DNA of 64,000 nucleotides, from NCBI GenBank assembly GCA_016866495.1, contig VGMG01000005.1, positions 40,686 through 104,685 of the forward strand. The letters run 5' to 3'. Of this stretch, positions 56,781-64,000 are shown piece after piece (position 1 is the first letter of the stretch; each line of letters starts with the position of its first letter). Below the pieces are notes generated by a model, which did not search any database, was not told where the DNA came from, and saw nothing but the letters and a program-made list of their open reading frames with translations. Source of the stretch: Chlamydiota bacterium. GTDB lineage: Bacteria > Chlamydiota > Chlamydiia > Chlamydiales > RGXB01. A program made the position numbers and the translations under genes.

Positions 56781-58293
56781 TTGAAATGATAGAAGTTGCT
56801 ACGCGATCAATTAAATCTCTGTCATGCGATGCTATCAATACAGTTCCGCTAAACTTTTCTAACCCATCACCAAGTGCTGATACAGACTCTAGGTCCAAAT
56901 GGTTGTTGGGCTCATCTAGAACAAGAACATTTGGCTTACTCAAAATTAAGTAGGAAAGAATAAGACGTGCTGTTTCCCCTCCAGAGAGTTTGTAGGTCTC
57001 TTTGAAAACATCGTCACCCGAAAATAGAAGTTTTCCAAGGCTACCCCGAATTTCTTGGTCATAGGCACTTTGATTGCGCGCTCTTAACCACTCAAACATT
57101 GAGATGCGCTCTTTATTATTCACAATGTCATGGTGCTCTTGAGGGAAATACCCAATTTTTACATTCTGACCCAACTCAATTGTGCCAGCTGTTGGCTCAA
57201 TTAGCCCAGCCAAAAGCTTCAATAGAGTCGATTTACCCATCCCATTTGCCCCGATTACACCCACCTTATCTCCTCGTGAAATATTGAATTGGAGTTTTTC
57301 AAAGACGGTTTTATCTTCATAAGATTTTTTTAGATGACTCAAGTTGAAAATACTGCTTGCAGCTCGGTCAGGTTCGTCAAACATAATGAACGGACGAGTA
57401 ATGTTCGTTCTTTTCATCTCCTGAGGCTGCAAACGCAGGATCTCTTTTTTTCTTGAGGTCGCTTGGCTTGAACGGGTACCCGCTCCAAATCGTTGGATAA
57501 AGTCCTGGAGCTGGGCAATTTTCTTCTCCTTGGATTTGGCATCTTGTTGCGATCTTTCACGCACATCCATTTTGGTTTGCACCATCTGGTCGTAGTTACC
57601 CGGATAAAGGATAATCGTTTCGTAATCGATATCCGCAATATCGGTCGCCACAGAATTTAGAAAATAGCGGTCGTGCGAGATGACAATCAGAGTCCCTTTA
57701 TAGTCCTTCAAAAATTCTTCAAGCCACGTGATAGAATCCAGATCCAAATGGTTCGTCGGCTCATCTAACATCAGCGCGTCAGGATTACCAAAAAGGGCCT
57801 GGCAAATAAGGGCTCTAAATTGAAAATCGGAAGGGACGTTCCCCATAAGTTGGTCAAAAAGCTCCTCTGGTATACCCATTCCGCTTAAAAGCTTCTCAGC
57901 GTCGCTATCGGCCATATAACCGTCTTCTTCAGCGATAATCTCCTCTAAAGAACCTAGGCGCATACCCACCATATCGGTCATTTCGATTTCGTAAAGACGA
58001 TCACGCTCTTCAAACGCCTCCCAAAGACGCTTGTTCCCCATCATAACCACTTGTCTCAAAGAAAAATCTTTATAATCGTGGATGTTTTGCCTAAGATAGC
58101 CCGTTTTTTTGGGCAGAGCTACACTTCCAGAAGTGGCCTCCTCTAAGCCCATGATAATTTTTAAAAGGGTAGTTTTACCCGCTCCATTTGGTCCCGTTAT
58201 AGCATAACGGTGCCCTTTATTGAAGGTAATGGTAACATCTTCAAAAAGGGTACGCGTCCCCATGCGTTTAGTAATCTTAGATAGTGTAATCAT
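56704..58293 (-). CDS. ABC-F family ATPase (two ABC cassettes, no TM domain)
   Basis: Two Walker A sites (GPNGAGKTT, GANGMGKST), two LSGG signatures (LSGM.. degenerate / LSGGETARL) and two Walker B sites (LMLDEPTNHLD, LVLDEPNNHLD). ATG 58293 (MITLSKI...) is preferred over 58341. Confidence 0.88.
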   Translation of the reverse strand: MITLSKITKRMGTRTLFEDVTITFNKGHRYAITGPNGAGKTTLLKIIMGLEEATSGSVALPKKTGYLRQNIHDYKDFSLRQVVMMGNKRLWEAFEERDRLYEIEMTDMVGMRLGSLEEIIAEEDGYMADSDAEKLLSGMGIPEELFDQLMGNVPSDFQFRALICQALFGNPDALMLDEPTNHLDLDSITWLEEFLKDYKGTLIVISHDRYFLNSVATDIADIDYETIILYPGNYDQMVQTKMDVRERSQQDAKSKEKKIAQLQDFIQRFGAGTRSSQATSRKKEILRLQPQEMKRTNITRPFIMFDEPDRAASSIFNLSHLKKSYEDKTVFEKLQFNISRGDKVGVIGANGMGKSTLLKLLAGLIEPTAGTIELGQNVKIGYFPQEHHDIVNNKERISMFEWLRARNQSAYDQEIRGSLGKLLFSGDDVFKETYKLSGGETARLILSYLILSKPNVLVLDEPNNHLDLESVSALGDGLEKFSGTVLIASHDRDLIDRVATSIISIEPDGVHFFKGTLEEYLEKRSKATR

Positions 58294-58335
58294 AATTAAT
58301 AGAAGATTATAACAGGTGACAGAAGGGTTTTCAAG

Positions 58336-59229
58336 GTGCAAATTTCACGTTTTTTGGACTTTTTAAAAGGGGTAAAGAGAGTCAGCCCCCATACGCTTAG
58401 AGCCTATGAATCAGATCTAAGCGCTTTCCACGCTTTTGTTTTGGAAAAACCGATTGAATGCATCTCAAAGTACGAAATTCGGTCGTTTTTGATGGCACTT
58501 TATCAAGAAAAACTTTCAAAGAAAACGGTCGCTAGGAAAGCAGCCTCTCTTAGAAGCTTTTTTCGTTATCTTGTTTTGCACGAGAATCTGGAACAAAACC
58601 CTATGGATCTTATCGATCCCATTAAACAGGAGGCCTGCATCCCTCGCGCTGTATCAAAAGAGGAGATAGAAATTCTTTTAAACGCAGTAGATCCCTCTAC
58701 CTTTATGGGGCTTAGAGATCGCTGTATTTTAGAGTTATTTTATAGCTCGGGATTACGTCTTTCCGAGGTAGTTGCCCTAAACTGGGATGATATATCACTT
58801 GACGACAGGTTAGTTCTTGTAAAAGGTAAGGGGAATAAATCCCGTATAGTTCCGTTCACTCTAACAGTCAAAAACTGGCTCAATTTGTATAAAGAACACC
58901 CTCAAAATGGGCTTTATAATCAGGGAGTTGTTTTTTTGAACAAGTTCTTAGAGAGAATCACCTGTCGCTCTGTGGATAGAATGGTCAAGGATTACGTAAA
59001 AAAAGCGGGGCTTTCTCCCCTCATCACTCCTCACGTTTTACGCCATTCGATTGCCACTCATTGGCTCGATAGAGGGATGGATTTAAAGTCTATTCAGGAG
59101 ATACTAGGTCACGAAAGCCTAGGCACGACTCAAATCTACACAAAAATTTCCAAAACGAAAAAGGAGGAGGTTTATAAGAAAAGCCACCCTCTGGCGTTGG
59201 GAAAAATGCAAATAAAGGAAAATGAGTGA
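58336..59229 (+). CDS. xerC: Tyrosine site-specific recombinase XerC/XerD family
   Basis: SAM-like N-domain, catalytic R (GLRLSE), HxxR (HVLRHSIATH) and LGHESLGTTQIYT (Tyr). No flanking repeats or cargo, so read as the chromosome-dimer resolvase. C versus D assignment uncertain. GTG start. Confidence 0.8.
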   Translation: MQISRFLDFLKGVKRVSPHTLRAYESDLSAFHAFVLEKPIECISKYEIRSFLMALYQEKLSKKTVARKAASLRSFFRYLVLHENLEQNPMDLIDPIKQEACIPRAVSKEEIEILLNAVDPSTFMGLRDRCILELFYSSGLRLSEVVALNWDDISLDDRLVLVKGKGNKSRIVPFTLTVKNWLNLYKEHPQNGLYNQGVVFLNKFLERITCRSVDRMVKDYVKKAGLSPLITPHVLRHSIATHWLDRGMDLKSIQEILGHESLGTTQIYTKISKTKKEEVYKKSHPLALGKMQIKENE

Positions 59230-59276
59230 CTATGAAATTTTTTTAAAAAGGTTTAGGGGTTATTTTTTTGAAAAAG

Positions 59277-59640
59277 TTTGAGGGGGCTGTAAGCCGGATT
59301 CTGTAAGAGGTTTTAAGCCTCTACCCGTTATTCCTCTGGGATTATTGTTGCCAATAAACTCAAGCGAATTAGCGAAAGGACGGTCGACGAAAACCGTTGA
59401 ATCCCTTCTCTCTTGCTTCTGATGGGGTTTGCCTCATACACCAATTACTTGGTGAGGAGTGATTCCTAAAATCACTGTTTCATCCTGTCGCCGATTTATT
59501 ACTAAATCAACGCGGTTTGCTTTCTGTTGCACTTTCCGTAGCCTTGCGGCTCCCAGTCTTTCACTGGCATCTTTCGTCTATGAAGTCCAGACTTTCCTCT
59601 GACGCGATATCTCGCGTCAGCAACGGGTCGCCCCCTCAAA
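59277..59640 (-). ncRNA. rnpB: RNase P RNA, bacterial type A
   Basis: Minus strand contains GAGGAAAGTCTGGACTTC (CR-I), GTGCAACAGAAAGCAAACCGC and ACAGAATCCGGCTTACAGCCCCCTC (CR-V). The last pairs with the 5' GAGGGGGCGACC to give P1. A P3 hairpin GCTGACGCGAGATATCGCGTCAG is present. No ORF in this 420-nt gap. Ends approximate, about +/-5 nt. Confidence 0.9.
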
Positions 59641-59652
59641 AAAGGACGATTG

Positions 59653-60429
59653 TTAAGTTTTTAAAGCGCGACGACGTCTACGTTTTGTAGTTGCCGCTTC
59701 GCCTTCTGCCTCAGTTTCAGGGAGGTAATGGATTCTTGAACAATGTTCGCAGAAAATAAGCTTGTCGGCACGACGCACTAGATTCTCATGTTGGGCGGTA
59801 AGACTTATATGACAGCCACTGCAAACACGATTCATCAAGGCCACAACAACTTCGTCTTTTTTGTTTGAAAGAAGACGCTCATATACAGATAGAACATGCG
59901 GATCTGCCTCAGCGGCCAGACGAGCCCTATCAGCTTTAAGCTGCGAACCCTCTTGATTGATCTCAACAATTGTCTTCACAATTTCTTGTTCCAACTCTTT
60001 AGAGTTGTTGGTCGAATCTTCAAGGCTTAGTTTTGTTTTTGCAAACAATTCTTCCTCTTGGATGCGGCGCTCTTCTAATTGTTGTAATGTTTGGCTCAGC
60101 TGTGCTTTCTCGCGCTCAGATGAGGTGATCTCTTTTGTCAAAGAGTTAAACTCCTCAAGCTTTTTGGTAACTGCTTGCTGAGCTTCAAGTTTTTTTATTT
60201 TGAGCTTCTCTTCTTCAATTTTTTTCTCGACAAAAGCGGTTTCAGAGCGGAGTTGATCTAGCTCTTTTTCCCTTTCGCCTAATTGATTTTTGAGCTCTAC
60301 GCGCAAAAGGCGGATCTGCTCGAGTTCTTTTTCTCGATCTTTACGAACGCGGACAAGCCGGATCATTTGCATATCGAGCGTTTGAATCTCGAGGATATTT
60401 TTAAGAGTATCACTAAGTGTCTCGGGCAT
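59653..60429 (-). CDS. Coiled-coil protein with a C-terminal C4 zinc ribbon (COG1579; CT398/HP0958-like)
   Basis: Roughly 190 aa of heptad-rich Glu/Lys/Leu sequence, then CSGCHISL...FCEHCSRIHY (CxxC-N20-CxxC) and a basic tail. Confidence 0.8.
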   Translation of the reverse strand: MPETLSDTLKNILEIQTLDMQMIRLVRVRKDREKELEQIRLLRVELKNQLGEREKELDQLRSETAFVEKKIEEEKLKIKKLEAQQAVTKKLEEFNSLTKEITSSEREKAQLSQTLQQLEERRIQEEELFAKTKLSLEDSTNNSKELEQEIVKTIVEINQEGSQLKADRARLAAEADPHVLSVYERLLSNKKDEVVVALMNRVCSGCHISLTAQHENLVRRADKLIFCEHCSRIHYLPETEAEGEAATTKRRRRRALKT

Positions 60430-60516
60430 AGCTTCCGTTTGACTAAAAGAAATGGTCTGAAAATAGAATACATCCTATATTCATATAGATCAAGTAAAAA
60501 TCTCGAAGGAGGACCT

Positions 60517-61950
60517 TTGACGAGGTTAAAGGAATTTTTAGAGTCTGGGGTGAACCCTGAGGATCATTTAGATACGATTGCGATGCTCGCTTCTTTAGAC
60601 TATATTGAGAAGGGTTCAAAGCGCGTTGCCAAGGCGATCGAGCAGGAACTTGTAGATCAAAGAAATTCTTTGAAGCTCATCGCCTCCGAAAATTACTCCT
60701 CTCTGCGTGTCCAGATGACCATGGGGAACTGGCTTACCGATAAATATGCTGAGGGGATTCCCTTCCAGCGCTATTATGCCGGTTGTCAAAATGTTGATGA
60801 CGTCGAAAGTTACGCCCAAGAGCTTGGAAAAAAACTTTTCAATGCCGAAAGCTGTACTGTGCAACCCCACTCTGGTTGCGATGCCAATTTAGCGGCTTAT
60901 TTAGCTATTTTGTCCGAGGTGATAGAAAATTCTAAAGTCAAGGATATGGGGAAATCTTTGATGCAAATGACGCACAAAGAGTACGAAGTTGTCCGACAAG
61001 AGTTTACCAAAGCGCGCATTTTAGGAATGTCTTTAAAAGATGGTGGGCACCTTACGCATGGTTTCCGAAACAACTTCTCCGGAAAACTTTTTGATGCCTA
61101 CAGCTATGGAGTCGATCCGATCACAGAGCGTTTAAATTACGATGAAATCAGAGCCCAAGCCAAAGAAATCCAACCTCATATTCTCATAGCGGGCTACTCC
61201 TCGTACTCACGAAAGGTAGATTTTTCTATCATGCGATCGATTGCCGATGAAGTAGGGGCGGTTCTTTTAGTGGATATGGCGCACTTTTCAGGTCTTGTTG
61301 CCGGGAAGGTTTTTGAGGGGGTCTACGATCCGATCCCTTATGCCGATGTCGTTACAAGTACAACGCACAAAACCTTACGAGGCCCGAGGGGTGGAATCAT
61401 TTTATCCAAAAAAAGATTTGAAGAGGGTTTGAAAAGAGTTTGTCCTCTTGCGCAAGGGGGACCTTTGGAGCATGTGATCGCGGCAAAAGCTGTTGCTTTT
61501 GAAGAGGCGCTCACAAAAGATTTTCAAAATTACGCGCGCCGTATTGTAGACAACGCCGAAACTTTGGCTCGCCATTTTATCGACGAAGGTGTAAGGGTAA
61601 TCACAGGTGGTACCGAGAATCATTTAATGGTGCTCGATGTTTTTTCTTCTTATGGTTTGACAGGCAAAGAGGCAGAGGAGCGTTTGTACAGGTCAGGAAT
61701 TATTGTGAACAAAAACGCCTTACCGAATGATTCCAGAGGCGTAATACAGACCTCGGGTATTCGGATAGGAACACCTGCCATAACGACATTAGATATGGGC
61801 CAAAATCAGATGCTTGACGTTGCAAATTTTATTGTTCGTTGCCTAAAAGGGGAAGATCCTGCCAAAATAAGGGCTGATGTGCAGCAATTGAAAGCACGTT
61901 ACCCTCTTTATAAAGCAATCAGTTTAGGGAAACTATGTCATACAAATTAA
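60517..61950 (+). CDS. glyA: Serine hydroxymethyltransferase
   Basis: LKLIASENYSS, GYSSYSR, VTSTTHKTLRGPRGG (PLP Lys). TTG 60517 follows a GAAGGAGGA SD. The ORF-track start 60283 runs antisense into the zinc-ribbon gene. ATG 60583 is an alternative. Confidence 0.93.
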   Translation: MTRLKEFLESGVNPEDHLDTIAMLASLDYIEKGSKRVAKAIEQELVDQRNSLKLIASENYSSLRVQMTMGNWLTDKYAEGIPFQRYYAGCQNVDDVESYAQELGKKLFNAESCTVQPHSGCDANLAAYLAILSEVIENSKVKDMGKSLMQMTHKEYEVVRQEFTKARILGMSLKDGGHLTHGFRNNFSGKLFDAYSYGVDPITERLNYDEIRAQAKEIQPHILIAGYSSYSRKVDFSIMRSIADEVGAVLLVDMAHFSGLVAGKVFEGVYDPIPYADVVTSTTHKTLRGPRGGIILSKKRFEEGLKRVCPLAQGGPLEHVIAAKAVAFEEALTKDFQNYARRIVDNAETLARHFIDEGVRVITGGTENHLMVLDVFSSYGLTGKEAEERLYRSGIIVNKNALPNDSRGVIQTSGIRIGTPAITTLDMGQNQMLDVANFIVRCLKGEDPAKIRADVQQLKARYPLYKAISLGKLCHTN

Positions 61951-62498
61951 TTGATACGATCCATGAAAAGCGTTTGAATAACCGTATTGTAATGTTACAT
62001 GATGCGGTAATGCCCGAAAGCTCCAAACGAGTAATTGATGAGCTACTCTATTTGAACTCTATGGATTCACGTGCCCCCATCCACTTCATGATCAATAGCC
62101 CAGGTGGTTCCATTAGTGAGGGATTTGCTATTTGGGATGTCATAAAGTCGTTTAAAAACCCTGTAAATACGATTGTATACGGTCTTGCTGCTTCTATGGG
62201 ATCTGTGCTCTCTTTAGTAGGAGGAAAAGGGCGTCGTTTTTGTTTTCCGCATGCAAGAATCATGATCCATCAGCCAAGAATTGGTGGAACGTCACAAGGT
62301 CAAGCCTCCGATATTAAGATCACCGCTGAAGAGATTATCAAAACAAAAAAAGAATTGGTAAAGCTCTACGTAGAGGCGACAGGAAAGACCGAGGAGGAGG
62401 TAGAGCGCGCTCTTGACAGAGACTATTGGTTGACAGCACAACAGGCTCTCGAATTCGGTCTGATTGATAGGATTATTACAAGCATCGACGAAATCTAA
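61935..62498 (+). CDS. clpP: ATP-dependent Clp protease proteolytic subunit
   Basis: INSPGGSISEG, GLAASMGSVL (Ser), RIMIHQP (His), DRDYWLTAQQALEFGLID (Asp). Overlaps the glyA end by 16 nt. Confidence 0.93.
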   Translation: MSYKLIDTIHEKRLNNRIVMLHDAVMPESSKRVIDELLYLNSMDSRAPIHFMINSPGGSISEGFAIWDVIKSFKNPVNTIVYGLAASMGSVLSLVGGKGRRFCFPHARIMIHQPRIGGTSQGQASDIKITAEEIIKTKKELVKLYVEATGKTEEEVERALDRDYWLTAQQALEFGLIDRIITSIDEI

Positions 62499-62499
62499 A

Positions 62500-63114
62500 A
62501 TGATTTTATTTGCCAAATACGTGGCCGCTGGAAACGATTTCATCGTTTGTGATCAACTTCCTAAAGCAATCGATACGGTATGTGATCGTAGACAAGGAGT
62601 TGGTGCTGACGGCCTAATTTGGCTTGAAGGGGACTTTGTTCATTTTTTCAATCAAGATGGAAGTCGAGCTTTCTGCTGTGGCAATGGCTTAAGAGTTGCT
62701 GCCGTTCACTCAAAAAAAACAGTACTTAGAACTGCATTAGGTGAGCACAGGGTAGAATTTTTTGACGGGGGATGTAGAGTTACCTACCCCGATCCAAGAA
62801 AATACCATGCGGTTTTAGAAGTGGAAAATCCCGATTTGGTAGTGCATTCTCCTCGTGATATAAACTGTAATTATGTGAAGGTTATAGACTCTGATCGAGT
62901 TTTCATGAAAACTATCGAAAGAGGCGTGGGGGAGACTCCTTCATGTGGTTCTGGAGCGATTTCTGCTGTTTTAGAGCTTTCTGAAAAAAAGAAATTGGGA
63001 GCAAAAATTCTTGTTGAGTTTACCTCAGGTGAGCAATTAAAAGTGGAATTAAAAGAAAATATCACCTGGTTAGAGGGTCCTGTGAGGCAAGTTTTTTGCG
63101 GGAAACTACCATGA
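62500..63114 (+). CDS. dapF: Diaminopimelate epimerase, unusually compact (204 aa)
   Basis: AAGNDFIV, NQDGSRAFCCGNGLR (first catalytic Cys), ERGVGETPSCGSGAISA (second catalytic Cys). ATG 62500 lies 1 nt after the clpP stop. Confidence 0.8.
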   Translation: MILFAKYVAAGNDFIVCDQLPKAIDTVCDRRQGVGADGLIWLEGDFVHFFNQDGSRAFCCGNGLRVAAVHSKKTVLRTALGEHRVEFFDGGCRVTYPDPRKYHAVLEVENPDLVVHSPRDINCNYVKVIDSDRVFMKTIERGVGETPSCGSGAISAVLELSEKKKLGAKILVEFTSGEQLKVELKENITWLEGPVRQVFCGKLP

Positions 63115-64000
63115 ACATCATTTTTAGTGATAAAACATACCAAGTCGAAATTGATGGGATATGGGTTTTCTTGCAGCTTGGCGAGGGGAGAGAAGCTGTC
63201 GACCGCTTTTGCAATTGCGAGAAGGCTTCGACTGAGGGATTTTGTGAGCATATTGGACTTGCAATTGACCGTATATATGGGAACACCCCTTTACCCCTGC
63301 ATAAAAGGTATGGCTCCTCTTTAGAGGAGCAAATAGCCTTCTTACTTTACAGGCGCCACGGGATGAATCCCGTTTTTGTAACAGAAGGGAACCAAATCCA
63401 CATCCGGGTCCAGGATAAAAACTGTTTCACTTTAGAATGTGAAAATCCCGAGTGGGAAAAAACCCTTTTTGATCTTCTCACTAATCGTGTGGAAGAAAAT
63501 GAGGCTAATTCGATTAAGTTTTCTAATTTGCCGATGAAAGAGTTGGAATTGTTTAGAAGACGGCGCCCCTCCGATCGATTAAGTTTTGAGCTCAGCCCTT
63601 TTCAGGATCTTTTCAAAACCCTTTTTACGATGGAGGAAAAGCCGTTTCTTGAGGTCGATAGTACCTCTGACGGAATGCCAGCAAGCCTAGAATATCGGCG
63701 TAAAGGGGTGAAAGTCAGAATACCCATGGCTTTGACTAGCTGGAGACCTTTTATTGAGCTATTGCACGGCATAGATACCAATATCAAAGTTTTCCCTTAT
63801 AGAGACAGGCAAATCGAGACATTTCGCTACAATCAGGGCGGGGGAACTCTAGAGATTCACACCAAAAAAATTCCAATGGTTATTCCCCAGGAGAGTAAAA
63901 GGGGGGATGTGGGAGACTACGAGTGGATTGAGGGATTTGGATTTTTAAGAAAGACAATTGACCCAATGATATTGAGCCTCATAATACAAAAAAATGAGGT
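63111..64000 (+). CDS. SWIM zinc-finger protein, 5' part only (ORF open at window end); possibly the N-terminus of an SNF2-type helicase
   Basis: Hand-translated: no stop from ATG 63111 to 64000 (296+ codons). CNCEKASTEGFCEH fits the SWIM CxC-Xn-CxH pattern. ATGA overlap with the dapF stop. Not in the ORF track because it lacks a stop codon. Confidence 0.65.
   Translation, partial: MNIIFSDKTYQVEIDGIWVFLQLGEGREAVDRFCNCEKASTEGFCEHIGLAIDRIYGNTPLPLHKRYGSSLEEQIAFLLYRRHGMNPVFVTEGNQIHIRVQDKNCFTLECENPEWEKTLFDLLTNRVEENEANSIKFSNLPMKELELFRRRRPSDRLSFELSPFQDLFKTLFTMEEKPFLEVDSTSDGMPASLEYRRKGVKVRIPMALTSWRPFIELLHGIDTNIKVFPYRDRQIETFRYNQGGGTLEIHTKKIPMVIPQESKRGDVGDYEWIEGFGFLRKTIDPMILSLIIQKNE

Noticed and set aside
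58336-59229. Tyrosine recombinase as a marker of an integrated mobile element, possibly using rnpB or tRNA-Leu as an attachment site
   Set aside because: The sequence is Xer-like throughout. There is no adjacent cargo, excisionase or direct repeats, and both flanks are conserved housekeeping genes.
60283-60516. 5' extension of the glyA ORF
   Set aside because: It runs antisense through the start of the zinc-ribbon gene. A strong GAAGGAGGA SD precedes TTG 60517, and conserved SHMT sequence starts after that.

Overview
Gene-dense chromosomal segment, about 40% GC by eye, from a member of the phylum Chlamydiota. The lineage call rests on a roughly 1500-aa fused SecDF, Mip, UhpC, RsbW, a CT398-like zinc-ribbon protein, a GrgA-like gene after gapA, and an r-protein cluster with the chlamydial gene omissions. 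From my memory of C. trachomatis D/UW-3 locus numbering (not checkable here), the window is a mosaic of at least five blocks collinear with that genome. The blocks are recJ-secDF-uppS-cdsA-cmk/plsC; trxA-mip-aspS-uhpC-dnaE-rsbW-dacC-rsmB; lnt-lpxC-fabZ-lpxA-fmt-[Cap1 slot]-rplC...rplQ-gapA-grgA-like; dnaJ-rpsU-tsaB-lon; and glyA-clpP-dapF. Extra genes such as DoxX, an RfaE-domain-II-like enzyme and a rhomboid suggest a lineage outside or at the edge of Chlamydiaceae. I support 70 coding genes, including one 57-aa rpsU absent from the ORF track and one 3'-open ORF at the window end. I also support one tRNA-Leu(UAA), the RNase P RNA, five hairpin terminators or attenuators and one near-consensus promoter. 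I found no CRISPR array, IS element, prophage or recognisable defence island. The most novel-looking content is a visibly AT-rich tandem family of four paralogous genes (29.9-32.8 kb). They encode proteins with a C-terminal bilobed hydrophobic hairpin and sit in the fmt/rplC slot where Chlamydiaceae encode Cap1, so they are candidate inclusion-membrane (Inc-like) type III substrates. Other items worth a second look:
- an in-frame cmk::plsC fusion joined at an A9 tract;
- a standalone heptose-adenylyltransferase-like enzyme chained to a rhomboid protease and RNase Z;
- an orphan gene in the hisS slot;
- rsbW chained to two putative outer-membrane-biogenesis lipoproteins;
- a compact DapF;
- an uncharacterised membrane/helical gene pair at 53.9-55.9 kb.
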